Of a stretch of 64,000 bases of DNA, positions 9,216-18,945 are shown one piece after another. The notes under the pieces are model-generated. The model was not told where the DNA came from and made no database searches. It saw nothing but the letters and a program-made list of their open reading frames with translations. Location: NCBI GenBank assembly GCA_002317145.1, contig DCIT01000054.1, positions 17,322 to 81,321 of the forward strand. Direction: 5' to 3'. The stretch's first letter is position 1. The number at the start of each line of letters is the position of its first letter. The translations under genes were made by a program, and so were the position numbers. Source of the DNA: Bacillales bacterium UBA1719. Lineage in GTDB: Bacteria; Bacillota_I; Bacilli_A; RFN20; CAG-826.

Positions 9216-11968
9216 TTAAGCTAAAGAATATTTCTAAGAGTTTTAAAGTAGAGGTAATTAAGGATATTAATTACACTTTTAAGAATACTGGTTTATATTC
9301 GATTGTTGGACATTCTGGATCTGGTAAATCAACTTTATTAAATATCATCAGTGGTCTAGATAATTCTTATAAAGGAGAGTTATTAATTGATGATGTTAAT
9401 TTAAAATATTCTTCATTAGAAGAAAGAAGTAAATTTCGTTTAAGCAATATTGGATACATCTTTCAAGACTTCTCCTTAATACATCTTTTATCAGTGCATG
9501 ATAATGTCATATTTAATATTGATTCTATTTCAACTTTATCAAGTAGAAAAAAAGAGATATTAGTAAATAAAGCTTTATCGTTAGTAGGTTTGCTTGATAA
9601 AAAGAAATGTGTGGTAAATAAATTATCTGGAGGAGAACAACAAAGAGTAGCGTTCGCTAGAGCAATAATTACTTCTCCTAAATATTTATTATGCGATGAA
9701 CCGACTGGTAATCTAGATGATAAAAATAGTGAGATTATATTTTCTTTGTTAAAGAAATATAGCAAAAATCACACTGTTATAGTTGTAAGTCATGATGAAG
9801 AAAAGGTTAATAAATATTCAGATGAAATAATAAAAATTAAAGATGGAGTTATTGAAAATACAAGATGTATTTTAGAAGAAAATGAAATAAATAAACCTAG
9901 AATAAAACTCCCTTTAAAAGAAAAGCCATCATTATCTTTTCCACTTAGATTAAAAAGTGGATTAATGAAAATTAAAGAAAAGAAATTTAGGTCTATATTC
10001 ACTAATTTTATTTCCTCTATTTCATTAGTGGCGTTAGGAATAGGAATAGTTGTTACAACATCATTACAAAATCAAATTGTAGATTCGTTTTCTAATCTTA
10101 TAAACGCGAATCAATTAATTGTAAGTAAAAAGACTAATAATCCGAATCCTTATACTTCTTATATCGCTGCAAGTGAAGATATTGTCGATGAAATTTATAA
10201 AGACTATTCTACTTATATTCATGATTACGGAGTTACATATTTAACAGATTTTAATTCGTTCTTTAAAGATAGAAATCAAGTTTATTTATTACAAGGAAGC
10301 AAGAAAATTATTCTTGATTCATTCTCAGCAGAAAAATTTAATTCTTATGTCTGGCCTGAGGAAAAAGTAGAGACACCCTTTTATCCTAAGATAGAAAAAA
10401 TATTAAGTCCTAATGATATAGTCCTAGGATTAACTTATGTTGATATGGTTAACTTATGTATTTCACTTCAACTCGAAAGAAGTTTTGAATCTCTAGGATC
10501 ATATATTGAGACTCATGAAATGCGATTATTTCTTGGAATAGATAACTTAGATTGGGGATATGATAACGATATTGAATTTAACCTTGTCAGTGTTTATCCT
10601 TCTTCAAAAAGTGAAATATATCATACTGAAAGATTCTTTAATTCATATGTATTTGAAATAGAAGGGCATTTACCAACCACAGATGAAATAGAATCTAACC
10701 CTAAAGATCCTTGGACATTAAAGAAAGTATTTAATTTTCACGCGGTCGAATCTCCAACTTATTTAATTGAAGAAGTGATATTAAATTCTAAATACGATGA
10801 TGTTTTGCTAGAGAATGCTCACAATTTTTTAGATGATCATTGCATTGTTGAAGAAACATGTTTTAAGAATTTAATATTTGTATTTTCTATAGATAAAAAC
10901 ACAATAAATATTTCGGATATTAAAAGTTTTAAGAAAATATCTTCTTCAATTAATAGTTATTATCTTTCTTCAAATTCTGGATATCAGATGCATTCAAGCG
11001 GAATGATTGAAGGATTCTCAAACAATATAGGATTCTCTTTTAACGAAGAAAAGATAATCGAAGTTGGAGATTATCTATCAAAAGAAATTGAAGGAGAAAT
11101 GATGGAGTTTGATGAAGTTGGATTAGGATCAATTACTAGGTTTAATAAAAATGCAGTTTTATTTTCTAGTGATTTAAGCAATGTTTCAAAAGGAGAAAAG
11201 CCTAAAAATTATAATGAGATTGTTATATCTACTGGATTAGCGACTTATCTTAAAAAATCTAATCCATTATATGAAGAATTATTTTATTGTTACTACTCTA
11301 AATCACTAGATTCAACAATTATTAATCACTTTAAAGTTGTAGGAATAGTGGAAGAAGAGAAAAACTACATTTATCATAATCCATTATTTTCTATTTCATT
11401 TTTTCGCGATCGATTAGGAATATCTTCCTTTAATGTTATGCCGACGAATATGGTTTTAAATTTGAATGAAGGATGCGATATTAACTTACTAATTAATAAT
11501 TTATCAAGTAGCTTTAAAGAATATAATTTTGTTTGTCCTTTAGATCAAATTAATCAAACTGTTAATGAAGTTATGGATTATGTTGTAGTGATTGCTGTAG
11601 CTTTTTCATCAGTCTCTTTGATTATTAGTATTTTGCTATTAGCGCTTTCTTCTTATCTCACAATTGTAGAGAGCAAAAATGAAATAAAGATGCTTAAAAA
11701 GATAGGACATTCAAATAAAACAATTAGAGAATATGTAGTCTCTCATACATTTGTTTTAGGTGTTATATCTACATTACTTGCACTTATTGAATTATTTATT
11801 TTTCAAATTATATTATCAGTATTTTTAAATAGTTATTTCTCTAGTAGTGGAGGTATTTCAATTTCATTCTTACCGTTTTTAATTGTTATATTAGTAGGAA
11901 TTATCATTCCTGTTGTTGTCTCTACAATAATATCAATCATTGTTTTACATAATAAAAAGGAGGGTTAA
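9212..11968 (+). CDS. Fused ABC ATPase / large extracytoplasmic domain / FtsX-type permease, paralog 2
   Basis: Walker A GHSGSGKST, signature LSGGEQQR, Walker B LLCDEPTG. One TM segment, then a roughly 560-aa loop, then a C-terminal FtsX-like TM bundle. ATGA overlap with the upstream gene. Confidence 0.85.
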   Translation: MIKLKNISKSFKVEVIKDINYTFKNTGLYSIVGHSGSGKSTLLNIISGLDNSYKGELLIDDVNLKYSSLEERSKFRLSNIGYIFQDFSLIHLLSVHDNVIFNIDSISTLSSRKKEILVNKALSLVGLLDKKKCVVNKLSGGEQQRVAFARAIITSPKYLLCDEPTGNLDDKNSEIIFSLLKKYSKNHTVIVVSHDEEKVNKYSDEIIKIKDGVIENTRCILEENEINKPRIKLPLKEKPSLSFPLRLKSGLMKIKEKKFRSIFTNFISSISLVALGIGIVVTTSLQNQIVDSFSNLINANQLIVSKKTNNPNPYTSYIAASEDIVDEIYKDYSTYIHDYGVTYLTDFNSFFKDRNQVYLLQGSKKIILDSFSAEKFNSYVWPEEKVETPFYPKIEKILSPNDIVLGLTYVDMVNLCISLQLERSFESLGSYIETHEMRLFLGIDNLDWGYDNDIEFNLVSVYPSSKSEIYHTERFFNSYVFEIEGHLPTTDEIESNPKDPWTLKKVFNFHAVESPTYLIEEVILNSKYDDVLLENAHNFLDDHCIVEETCFKNLIFVFSIDKNTINISDIKSFKKISSSINSYYLSSNSGYQMHSSGMIEGFSNNIGFSFNEEKIIEVGDYLSKEIEGEMMEFDEVGLGSITRFNKNAVLFSSDLSNVSKGEKPKNYNEIVISTGLATYLKKSNPLYEELFYCYYSKSLDSTIINHFKVVGIVEEEKNYIYHNPLFSISFFRDRLGISSFNVMPTNMVLNLNEGCDINLLINNLSSSFKEYNFVCPLDQINQTVNEVMDYVVVIAVAFSSVSLIISILLLALSSYLTIVESKNEIKMLKKIGHSNKTIREYVVSHTFVLGVISTLLALIELFIFQIILSVFLNSYFSSSGGISISFLPFLIVILVGIIIPVVVSTIISIIVLHNKKEG

Positions 11969-11970
11969 AA

Positions 11971-12816
11971 ATGTTAAATTTAATTAGGAAAGATTATCCA
12001 GAAATGTCATCAAATGATTTAAAGCTTATTGATGCGTTCATTTGGAACAAATGCAGTGAATATTATTTTATAGATTATCTTAGATGTACAAACGGAAACG
12101 CACTAGACTCAATTGAATTTTATAAATTTGATGAAGATTTAAGAGCGATTTTAACGAATTTTATTATTAGATTTGAAATACAACTTAAAACAGATTTTGT
12201 TAAAAAACTATATGTGACAACTAATTCGGAACATTTTTTTAAAGATAAATCTTTCTATTTAAAAAGCGCCCTTTCTCGAAATAATAAATTTAGTGAATCA
12301 ACTTTTGAATTTATTGTTGCGAAAATTGAAAATGAATACAAGAGATATAAATTTAAAACACCGGGTCCTTTAAATTATGTAGCTTTATCGTTTTGCTCTT
12401 TTGGATCTTTCCAATCACTATTTAAATTTATAAATATTTCTTATAAAAAAGAATTTATAAATATGTATACTAGGAATCTTCCTAGACATGATTTTAAAAT
12501 TTTGAATATGTATATTAGTGCAATAAGAATGATAAGAAACAGATGCGCACATGGGAATCATGTCGTAACCTTAAAAATGAAAAATCAGTTAGAAAAACTA
12601 TCATTTATTACTAAAACTGAAAATTTATATATCGATTTGAAAATAAAAGTGTTCGAAGCTGTATTAATTTTTTTACTAAATCACTTGGAATGTTCAAACG
12701 AATATGAAGAGAGAATGTCAAAATTAATAAATAAATATAAAAAATTGATAACAAAATATTACGGTTTCCACGTCTTTTCTTACAATATATTTAAAATATT
12801 TAACATCATTGATTAA
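11971..12816 (+). CDS. Abi_2 family (AbiD/AbiD1/AbiF-like) abortive-infection-type protein
   Basis: Family blocks seen by eye: FDEDLRAILTNFIIRFEIQLK, SFGSFQSLF and MIRNRCAHGNHV. Starts 2 nt after the ABC2 stop, with its AGGAGGG RBS inside the last ABC2 codons. Confidence 0.7.
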   Translation: MLNLIRKDYPEMSSNDLKLIDAFIWNKCSEYYFIDYLRCTNGNALDSIEFYKFDEDLRAILTNFIIRFEIQLKTDFVKKLYVTTNSEHFFKDKSFYLKSALSRNNKFSESTFEFIVAKIENEYKRYKFKTPGPLNYVALSFCSFGSFQSLFKFINISYKKEFINMYTRNLPRHDFKILNMYISAIRMIRNRCAHGNHVVTLKMKNQLEKLSFITKTENLYIDLKIKVFEAVLIFLLNHLECSNEYEERMSKLINKYKKLITKYYGFHVFSYNIFKIFNIID

Positions 12817-12839
12817 TTTGGGGTATTATATTTGTAGAG

Positions 12840-12880
12840 ACGTGGAGTACTTACCACGTGCCGGGTAACCGGCTTTTTTA
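12840..12880 (+). terminator. Tandem hairpins / intrinsic terminator ending the ABC-Abi operon
   Basis: ACGTGG(12840-45)/CCACGT(12854-59), then GCCGG(12860-64)-GTAA-CCGGC(12869-73), followed by T6. Confidence 0.8.
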
Positions 12881-12925
12881 TTTCTTACAAGATAATTATT
12901 ATTTAATTTACTATGAAATAATTAT

Positions 12926-12934
12926 TGATATAAT
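12926..12934 (+). promoter_or_regulatory. Extended -10 promoter (TGaTATAAT) for ychF; probably a leaderless or near-leaderless mRNA
   Basis: TATAAT at 12929-12934 and ATG at 12944, with no Shine-Dalgarno between them. Confidence 0.4.
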
Positions 12935-12943
12935 AATTATCGT

Positions 12944-14050
12944 ATGTCGTTAAAAGCAGGTATTGTTGGTCTTCCAAATGTTGGTAAATCTACCTTGTTT
13001 AACGCGATTACAAATTCACATGTTGAAGCCGCAAATTATCCTTTTGCGACTATTAATCCAAACACCGGAGTAGTCATAGTACCAGATAAAAGATTAGATT
13101 TTCTTTCTAATGCTTTTAAACCTAAAAAAACTATCTATGCAACATTTGAATATTACGATATTGCTGGATTAGTTAAAGGCGCTTCTAAAGGAGAAGGATT
13201 AGGAAATCAATTCTTATCGCATATTAGAGAGTGTGACGCAATCGTCGAAGTTGTGCGTTGTTTTGATAATCCAGATATCATTCACGTTGAAGGTTCAGTT
13301 GATCCTAAAAGAGATATTGAAACAATCAATATAGAACTTGCTATGGCGGATTTAGATACTGTCACTAAACGTATTGGAAAAGTAGAAACAAAAGCTAGAA
13401 CCTCTAAAGATAAACATTCAATATTTGAATTAAACGCTTTAACTAAGGTATCTAGCAAATTGACAAATGGAGAATCAATTAGAAACATTTCTTTAACCAG
13501 TGAAGAATATGAATATTTATTTAAAGAATTACATTTATTATCACTTAAACCAATCATCTATGTTGCGAATGTAAGTGAAGCTGATTACTCAAATATTTCT
13601 AATTGTAAATATCTTAAAGTAGTAGAAGAAATCGCTAGTAAAGAAAATGCTCAAGTTATTCCTGTATCATGTGAAATTGAATATCAAATATCGACATTAG
13701 AAAGCAAAGATAGACAAGAATTCTTATCTAGTTTAAATCAAACTGAATCCGGATTAGATAAATTAGTTAAAGCTTCTTATAAGTTACTTAATTTAGCTAC
13801 GTTCTTTACGGTTGGAGAAGATGAATGTCGTGCTTGGACATTTACTAATGGAATGCTTGCTCCTGATTGTGCAGGAGTTATTCACACCGATTTTAAGAAA
13901 GGATTTATTAAAGCAGAAATTTATAGTTTTGACGATTTTAAAGAATTAGGTTCTGAACTTGCGATAAAAGAAAAAGGAAAACTAAGAATGGAGGGGAAAG
14001 ATTATAAGTTTAAAGATGGCGATGTCGCTTTCTTTAAATTTAATGTTTAA
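12944..14050 (+). CDS. ychF: Ribosome-binding ATPase YchF
   Basis: GIVGLPNVGKSTLFNA G1 motif, a TGS-like C-terminus, and typical length (368 aa). Confidence 0.94.
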   Translation: MSLKAGIVGLPNVGKSTLFNAITNSHVEAANYPFATINPNTGVVIVPDKRLDFLSNAFKPKKTIYATFEYYDIAGLVKGASKGEGLGNQFLSHIRECDAIVEVVRCFDNPDIIHVEGSVDPKRDIETINIELAMADLDTVTKRIGKVETKARTSKDKHSIFELNALTKVSSKLTNGESIRNISLTSEEYEYLFKELHLLSLKPIIYVANVSEADYSNISNCKYLKVVEEIASKENAQVIPVSCEIEYQISTLESKDRQEFLSSLNQTESGLDKLVKASYKLLNLATFFTVGEDECRAWTFTNGMLAPDCAGVIHTDFKKGFIKAEIYSFDDFKELGSELAIKEKGKLRMEGKDYKFKDGDVAFFKFNV

Positions 14051-14053
14051 TTT

Positions 14054-14533
14054 ATGATTCGCATTGGATTTGCAAAAGATATACATGCCTTAAAAAAAGG
14101 AAGAAAATTAATGCTTGCTGGTATTAATATTCCTAGTGAAAAAGGTGAAGTCGCTCATAGTGATGGCGATGTTGTTTTTCACGCCATTAGCGAAGCTATG
14201 CTTGGCGCATTAGCCTTAGGAGATCTTGGTAAATTCTATCCAACGAATGATAAGAAATATAAAGACATTGATTCTAAAATTATTCTTTTAGATGTTTATA
14301 AAAAAGTAAATAAAATGAAATATAAAATTAATAATATTGATATAAGTGTTGAATTAGAAAAACCTAAATTAGCGAAATATATTTTAGATATGAGAAAGAA
14401 CATTTCTAAATTATTAAAAATAAAATTAGATCAAATATCTATTAAAGCGAATACAAATGAAAAAATGGATGCAGTAGGAAAAAACGAAGCAGTCATTGCC
14501 TACTCAGTAGTATTATTAGAGAGCAAAAAATAA
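14054..14533 (+). CDS. ispF: 2-C-methyl-D-erythritol 2,4-cyclodiphosphate synthase
   Basis: IGFAKDIHAL...AHSDGDVVFHAI...ALGDLGKFYP are IspF metal and substrate motifs. Confidence 0.9.
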   Translation: MIRIGFAKDIHALKKGRKLMLAGINIPSEKGEVAHSDGDVVFHAISEAMLGALALGDLGKFYPTNDKKYKDIDSKIILLDVYKKVNKMKYKINNIDISVELEKPKLAKYILDMRKNISKLLKIKLDQISIKANTNEKMDAVGKNEAVIAYSVVLLESKK

Positions 14534-14535
14534 TT

Positions 14536-16158
14536 ATGGCTATTGAAATTACTTTAAAAGAAAAAATTGTTGAAGCATTAAATAAACTTGGTGTTTCTTT
14601 TGATATTGCTAATGTAAATATTGACCATTCAAAAGATCCAAGTCATGGAGATTATGCTTCAAATATTGCTTTTAAAGTAAATTCAAAAATTGGTCCAAAT
14701 CCAGTTGAAACTGCAAATAAAATTGTCGATGCTATTGATAAATCAATCTTCAAAAAAATTGAAGTCGCTAAACCTGGATTTATTAATTTCTTTTTAAAGT
14801 CTGATTCTATTTCTTCTATCATTCAAGAAATTGTTAACGCAAAAGAAAATTATGGAAGAGGAGAAAAGATTAAAAAGAAAATTAATGTTGAATTTGTTAG
14901 CGCAAATCCAACAGGACATCTGCATGTAGGACATGCGCGTTGTGCAGCTTATGGTGATTCTTTAAGTAGAATTTTATCTTTTGCAGGATATGATGTAACA
15001 CGCGAATATTATATTAATGATGCCGGCAATCAAATTAAGAATTTAGGAGAATCTTTATATCAAAGATATCTTGAATTATTCGGTAATAAAGCAGTTATTC
15101 CTGCTGATGGATATCAAGGTGAAGATGTTATTGAAATTGCTAAAGAATTAAAAAATAAATATGGCGATAAATTATTAGAGAGAACAGATTCTAATTTAGA
15201 GCTAATTACTAATTTTGGTAAACAAGAAGAATTAGAAAATATTAAAAAAGATTTAAAAAGATTTGGAGTAGTCTTTGATGTTTATTCAAGCGAAACAGAA
15301 ATTAGAAAATCTGGAGCAATTGAAAAAGCGTTAGAAGAATTAAAACCACATATTTATGAATCAGAAGGTGCGAAATTTTTAAAGACTACTGATTATCTAG
15401 ATGATAAAGATAGAACAATAATTAAGAGTAACGGAGATTACACTTATTTCTTACCTGATATTGCTTATCACTATAACAAGATGAGCAGAGGTTTTGATTT
15501 ACTAGTAGATGTTTTAGGTGCGGATCATCATGGTTATATTAATAGAATGAAATCAGCATTAATGATGAAAGGATATTCTAAAGATAGTTTAGAGATTCCT
15601 TTAATTCAAGTTGTTAGATTGATGGATAATGGTGTTGAAGTAAAAATGTCTAAAAGAACCGGAAATGCTATTACTTTAAAAGAACTTTGCGATGAAGTTG
15701 GAGTAGAAGCAGTTAGATATTTCTTTGTTGCAAGAAGTAACACTTCTCATTTAGATTTTGATTTTAATTTAGCAAAGTCTCACACTAATGATAATCCAGT
15801 GTATTATGCAATGTACGCTCATGCTCGTTTAGCGAATGTTATGAAATTAGCGGGTGATATAAAACCAGTCTATTCTGGAGAACTATTAAAAGAAAAAATT
15901 GAACTAGATTTACTTAAAGCAATTCAAGAATTCCCAAATGTAGTTAAGTCTATCGCTAAAACGTTTGAAGTTCATAAAATGGGAATTTATATACATTCTG
16001 TAGCAACTTTAATTCATTCATTCTATAATGAATGTCGGATAGTTGACAAAAGTAATCTAAATTTGACCGCTAATCGACTAGGATTAGTTGAAGCTTGTAA
16101 GATTACTTTGTATAATGCTTTAGACCTTATTGGTATAAAAGCACCTGATAAAATGTAA
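14536..16158 (+). CDS. argS: Arginine--tRNA ligase
   Basis: Class I HIGH-type motif (ANPTGHLHVGH) and an MSKRTG (KMSK-like) motif. 540 aa. Confidence 0.94.
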   Translation: MAIEITLKEKIVEALNKLGVSFDIANVNIDHSKDPSHGDYASNIAFKVNSKIGPNPVETANKIVDAIDKSIFKKIEVAKPGFINFFLKSDSISSIIQEIVNAKENYGRGEKIKKKINVEFVSANPTGHLHVGHARCAAYGDSLSRILSFAGYDVTREYYINDAGNQIKNLGESLYQRYLELFGNKAVIPADGYQGEDVIEIAKELKNKYGDKLLERTDSNLELITNFGKQEELENIKKDLKRFGVVFDVYSSETEIRKSGAIEKALEELKPHIYESEGAKFLKTTDYLDDKDRTIIKSNGDYTYFLPDIAYHYNKMSRGFDLLVDVLGADHHGYINRMKSALMMKGYSKDSLEIPLIQVVRLMDNGVEVKMSKRTGNAITLKELCDEVGVEAVRYFFVARSNTSHLDFDFNLAKSHTNDNPVYYAMYAHARLANVMKLAGDIKPVYSGELLKEKIELDLLKAIQEFPNVVKSIAKTFEVHKMGIYIHSVATLIHSFYNECRIVDKSNLNLTANRLGLVEACKITLYNALDLIGIKAPDKM

Positions 16159-16169
16159 GGAGGAAAATT

Positions 16170-16523
16170 ATGTCAAATAATAAAGCTATGTTAGAAATTG
16201 CCTTAGAGGTAATGAAGGATAAAAAGTCCGTTGCGTTCTCAACAATTTGGACTGCAGTCTGCAAAGAATTAGAACTTTCTGATGAAGAGAAGAAATCCAA
16301 AGTTGGAAACTTCTATACTCAATTATCTTTAGATGGACGTTTTGTTGCCTTAGGAGGCAATAAATGGTCCCTCAGAGATCGTTTACCATATGATAAAATC
16401 CATGTTGATTTAAGTGAAGTCTATAACGATATGGAAAGTGAAAGTGATGACGATGAAGAGGAAGAAGAGAACGAGAAAAAAGATAAAGTTACTCCTCAAC
16501 AAGAGGATTCAACTAATATTTAA
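16170..16523 (+). CDS. rpoE: RNA polymerase delta subunit
   Basis: HARE-HTH-like N-terminus (FYTQLSLDGRFVALGGNKWSLRD) plus an acidic D/E tail. Confidence 0.85.
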   Translation: MSNNKAMLEIALEVMKDKKSVAFSTIWTAVCKELELSDEEKKSKVGNFYTQLSLDGRFVALGGNKWSLRDRLPYDKIHVDLSEVYNDMESESDDDEEEEENEKKDKVTPQQEDSTNI

Positions 16524-16549
16524 TCATTATATTTAGGAGGTAAAAATAT

Positions 16550-17440
16550 ATGGGATTAAAAGATTTATTTAACAAGGGACCTAAACTTGTTAACATGACT
16601 GAAATGCTTAACAAAGCAAGAGATGGCCATTATGCTGTTGGTCAATTCAATATTAATAACGTTGAATGGGTTGGCGCTATCTTAGATAAATGCCAAGAAT
16701 TAGCAACACCAGTTATTTTAGGTGTCTCTGAAGGAGCTATGAAATATAACGGTGGTTGGAACACAATCGTTGGTATGGTCAAAGGTTATATGAAAGATAA
16801 GAACATTACAGTTCCTGTCGCCTTACACTTAGACCATGGTTCAAGTTTTGAAGCTTGTAAAGCTGCTATTGATGCAGGTTTCTCAAGCGTAATGATTGAT
16901 GCTTCTCATCATCCATTAGAAGAGAATATCGCAACTGTTAAAAAAGTTGTTGAATATGCTCATAAGCGTCATGTTTCAGTTGAAGCTGAATTAGGACATG
17001 TCGGTGGACAAGAAGATAATGTTGTCTCTCAAGGTGTCTTATATGCTGATCCTGCGGAATGTGTTAAATTAGTAAAAGAAACTGGTATTGATTGTTTAGC
17101 ACCAGCTTTAGGTAGTGTCCATGGTCCATATCATGGTGAACCAAAATTAGGCTTTGATGAAATGGCTAAAATCAATCAATTATGTGGAATACCATTAGTA
17201 TTACATGGTGGCTCAGGAATTCCTGATGAACAAATCCGTAAAGCTATTGATCGTGGTACCGCAAAAATTAACGTCAATACTGAATGCCAACAAGAATGGG
17301 CAAAGATTGTCCGTGAAGTTCTTGCTAAAGATGCTAAAGTCTATGATCCACGTAAAGTCATCGGACCTGGTAAGAAAGGTATTGCAAACGTTGTCGTTGC
17401 TAAATGCCAAATCTTTGGATGCATTAATAGAGCAAAATAA
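16550..17440 (+). CDS. fba: Fructose-bisphosphate aldolase, class II
   Basis: Class II FBA blocks ([25 protein letters not shown]). Confidence 0.93.
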   Translation: MGLKDLFNKGPKLVNMTEMLNKARDGHYAVGQFNINNVEWVGAILDKCQELATPVILGVSEGAMKYNGGWNTIVGMVKGYMKDKNITVPVALHLDHGSSFEACKAAIDAGFSSVMIDASHHPLEENIATVKKVVEYAHKRHVSVEAELGHVGGQEDNVVSQGVLYADPAECVKLVKETGIDCLAPALGSVHGPYHGEPKLGFDEMAKINQLCGIPLVLHGGSGIPDEQIRKAIDRGTAKINVNTECQQEWAKIVREVLAKDAKVYDPRKVIGPGKKGIANVVVAKCQIFGCINRAK

Positions 17441-18219
17441 TGTGGGAAAAACAATTAGCAGCAGCCATTAAAGCTGGTGAGCTAGCTAAAAGAACAATTC
17501 TCGAAATTTATAAAAAACCTTTTGACGTGGAGATTAAGAAAGATAAATCTCCCGTCACAGAGGCTGATAAAAAATCAGACAAAATAATCCGCGAATTTTT
17601 AAAAAAGGAATTCCCGGATTATTCTTTTTTAACTGAAGAAAGCGTTGATAATAAATCGCGTTTAAAAAATGATTATGTTTGGATTATTGATCCATTAGAT
17701 GGAACGTGTGATTTTATTGCTAAAAATGATCAATTCACTGTTAATATCGCCTTAGCTTATAAGAAGAAAATTGTTGTAGGTGTAATTATTGTACCTGTCA
17801 CAAACGAGATTTATTATGCGACAAGTCATGGTGGAGCTTTCTATTCTAAAGCGGGAACAGTTAAAGAAATTAATGTAAGTAGAAGAAGTAAAGATCTACG
17901 TGTATTAACTTCTATTTCGCATCACGGTAAACCAGAAGAAGAAAGATTTAAGAAATATGGTAATTTAATTGAAAGTAAGAAACCTGTTGGAGCTGCAATT
18001 AAAGGTTGCTTAATCGCAAGAGGTGAAGCGGAATTATCAATTAGATTAAATAATAAAACTAAAGAATGGGATACTGCTGCCCAACAAATAATTATTAAAG
18101 AAGCAAACGGAGTATTCGTTGATCCTGTTACTAAATTACCTTTAATATATAACCGCGAAGATGTCGTTAATCAAAACGGATATATAATCGCTAATAAAAA
18201 GAAAAATATTATTTTTTAG
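17440..18219 (+). CDS. Inositol monophosphatase / CysQ family phosphatase
   Basis: Metal-binding motifs FLTEES, WIIDPLDGT and WDTAA. Confidence 0.85.
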   Translation: MWEKQLAAAIKAGELAKRTILEIYKKPFDVEIKKDKSPVTEADKKSDKIIREFLKKEFPDYSFLTEESVDNKSRLKNDYVWIIDPLDGTCDFIAKNDQFTVNIALAYKKKIVVGVIIVPVTNEIYYATSHGGAFYSKAGTVKEINVSRRSKDLRVLTSISHHGKPEEERFKKYGNLIESKKPVGAAIKGCLIARGEAELSIRLNNKTKEWDTAAQQIIIKEANGVFVDPVTKLPLIYNREDVVNQNGYIIANKKKNIIF

Positions 18220-18583
18220 TGTGCTTCTCAAAGGCTCTTAGAGTCTTATCACTTATAACGTGTTCAATCTTACAACAATCACTCTCAGAGGTGATTCTAT
18301 CAATTCCTAAAGACATTAGGAATTTTTTTATTATTGTATGGCGATGATATATTTCTTTAGCAATATTTCTACCTTGGTATGTAAAAAATATTGATCCATA
18401 AAGCTTTTGATCGATATATTTAAGTTCAATTAAACGCTTCATTGCTTTAGTGCATGCTGGTTTAGAAACCTGAAGTTTATTTGCTACAGAAGTGGTGTGT
18501 AATGGTTTATCCTCTAGCTCTAAAATATAAAGAGCTTCTAGATAATCTTCTAAGGCTTTTGATACTTTTCTCATCGTTTTCAT
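18209..18583 (-). CDS. DtxR/MntR-family metal-dependent transcriptional repressor (short, DNA-binding plus dimerisation part)
   Basis: EDYLEALYIL...TTSVANKLQVSKPACTKAMKRL is a winged HTH typical of DtxR/MntR. Divergent from feoAB. Confidence 0.85.
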   Translation of the reverse strand: MKTMRKVSKALEDYLEALYILELEDKPLHTTSVANKLQVSKPACTKAMKRLIELKYIDQKLYGSIFFTYQGRNIAKEIYHRHTIIKKFLMSLGIDRITSESDCCKIEHVISDKTLRAFEKHTKK

Positions 18584-18648
18584 AATACAACATATTTAGA
18601 TAAATGCAATTTCATTGACTAATAAAAATATATGATTAAAATATTAAT

Positions 18649-18666
18649 AGTTAACTATGGTTAACT
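18649..18666. promoter_or_regulatory. Inverted repeat AGTTAAC-TATG-GTTAACT, candidate DtxR-family operator in the feoA promoter
   Basis: Perfect 7+7 inverted repeat, 10 nt upstream of the feoA ATG, in the divergent intergenic region shared with the repressor gene. Confidence 0.45.
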
Positions 18667-18675
18667 TTAACAATT

Positions 18676-18945
18676 ATGAAAAAGAATAAAAAAGTTTTAT
18701 TAACAAAAGGACAAGAAGGACATCTATCTGATTTACGTCGTGGACAGAAAGCTGTTGTTTTAGATTTTCATAATGATAACGCTGCATTAAGAAGAAGATT
18801 ATTAGATATGGGTATTACAAAAGGAGTAGTAATTGAAATAAAAAAGATTGCTCCTTTAGGAGATCCTATTGATATATCTTTAAGAGGATATGAACTCTGT
18901 ATTCGTAAGATAGACATGGAAGGAATTGATATCAAAGTTATATGA
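18676..18945 (+). CDS. feoA: Ferrous iron transport protein A (FeoA domain)
   Basis: SH3-like FeoA pattern (LSDLRRGQKAVV...RRRLLDMGITKG...). Overlaps the feoB start. Confidence 0.88.
   Translation: MKKNKKVLLTKGQEGHLSDLRRGQKAVVLDFHNDNAALRRRLLDMGITKGVVIEIKKIAPLGDPIDISLRGYELCIRKIDMEGIDIKVI

Noticed and set aside
17205-17471. 88-aa plus-strand ORF overlapping the fba 3' end in another frame
   Set aside because: The fba frame carries conserved aldolase motifs through this region. The alternative frame shows no recognisable features.
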